From contig JAVRCJ020000003.1 of the NCBI GenBank assembly GCA_034530875.2, positions 224,001 through 288,000 on the forward strand: 64,000 nt of DNA, in the 5' to 3' direction. Made by a program: the position numbers and the translations under genes. Below, piece after piece: positions 63,183-64,000 of this stretch. Source of the DNA: Nostoc sp. DedSLP01. Lineage in GTDB: Bacteria > Cyanobacteriota > Cyanobacteriia > Cyanobacteriales > Nostocaceae. Under the pieces are notes generated by a model. The model did not search any database. It had not been told where the DNA came from and was given only the letters and a program-made list of their open reading frames with translations. The first letter of the stretch is position 1; the number at the start of each line of letters is the position of its first letter.

Positions 63183-64000
63183 GAAAGTTTCGCTACGGCT
63201 TCTTTAAATTCTGGAATTCCTTGAATCAATGGATGAATATCATACCAACGCTGCATCTCTCCATCATCATCCAAATAACGGTATTCTAAAAGACATCGGT
63301 TATACATCAAACTCTTATACAAATCATCATTAATAATCCGTTTAGAACAAGACACTTCAGCTAACAAAGTCCATTGATGGTTTTCGACAGCGCGGCGAAA
63401 AGTATCTCTAGCCTGAGTAATCGCTCGTCGCACCGCCTTTTCTGAAACAGGTAATTCTTCAGTGCGTCCAATGGCATCTTGAGTTAACAATAGCAAATTT
63501 CTCACATGACCTCCACTCATTAAACAAAGTCTGTCTAAAGTTTGGGGACTGTCAAAAATTTCCATTTCTAGTGATAGTTCCGGTGCAATTTGCCGGACTC
63601 TCCTATTAATTACTTCCTTAACTTTCTTGAGTCCTGGCTGATAAACTTCTCCTTTGAAAGTCTTTACCATAATCATCGGCAAAATTTGGGGGTCACCGTA
63701 AATATCCCTGAGGTCTGTTGCCCTTGTAGAATAGACCATTGAAATGGGAACAGTGTAAATCAAATGGCAATCTAAAGCTTGGAGTTGTTCGCTGCGGTCT
63801 AAAAAAACTTCTTCATGGTTAGTGCGTTCTTTGTCTTTAACTAATACCATCCGGTCTAAGTTATCGACAATTACTGCCAGTTTATTGTAGCCATTAGGTA
63901 AGTGCTGTTTTGCATCCGCTAAGAACTCATTTAAAACTTGAATTAAAGTTACAGTATAAGGATCGATTTTTTGGCGAATCTTCTGGCGTAATTCCGGAAC
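63179..64000 (-). CDS. P-loop ATPase (AAA/KAP-like), 5' end outside window
   Basis: Frame open to window edge; Walker B LAVIVDNLDR, SGGHVRNLL, WYDIHPLI; ATGA overlap with the TPR gene. Confidence 0.85.
   Translation of the reverse strand, partial: VPELRQKIRQKIDPYTVTLIQVLNEFLADAKQHLPNGYNKLAVIVDNLDRMVLVKDKERTNHEEVFLDRSEQLQALDCHLIYTVPISMVYSTRATDLRDIYGDPQILPMIMVKTFKGEVYQPGLKKVKEVINRRVRQIAPELSLEMEIFDSPQTLDRLCLMSGGHVRNLLLLTQDAIGRTEELPVSEKAVRRAITQARDTFRRAVENHQWTLLAEVSCSKRIINDDLYKSLMYNRCLLEYRYLDDDGEMQRWYDIHPLIQGIPEFKEAVAKLS

Overview
Chromosomal segment of a filamentous, probably heterocyst-forming cyanobacterium (Nostoc-like). The basis is roughly 50 HIP1 octamers (GCGATCGC, manual count), abundant STRR heptamer repeats, and chlL/chlN, psb29, cpcT, petJ and xisH/xisI. 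Most of the window is core housekeeping or photosynthesis-related (rsfS, tRNA-fMet, queE, pgm/pmm, P-type ATPase, recF, hemF, exbBD, mgtE, pyrB, tldD/pmbA, tex). Two accessory patches interrupt it. The first (~8.9-13.2 kb) holds a decayed ABC-transporter fusion, a methyltransferase/LysR pair, xisHI, an HNH remnant and vapBC. The second (~17.3-21.2 kb) is a small defence island. Its main feature is an AT-rich two-gene unit encoding a stand-alone minimal CRISPR polymerase (mCpol) and a CARF-like plus 2-TM effector, i.e. a Panoptes-type cyclic-nucleotide anti-phage system with no CRISPR array, flanked by BrnTA, DUF29 and PemK/MazF modules. Other notable items are an in-frame gene fusion joined exactly at a HIP1 site, triply nested miniature repeat elements, a candidate switchable leader upstream of mgtE, an unannotated 44-aa ORF and a 140-bp-period duplication in a long intergenic region. 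All calls come from motif recognition by eye; no database searches were run.
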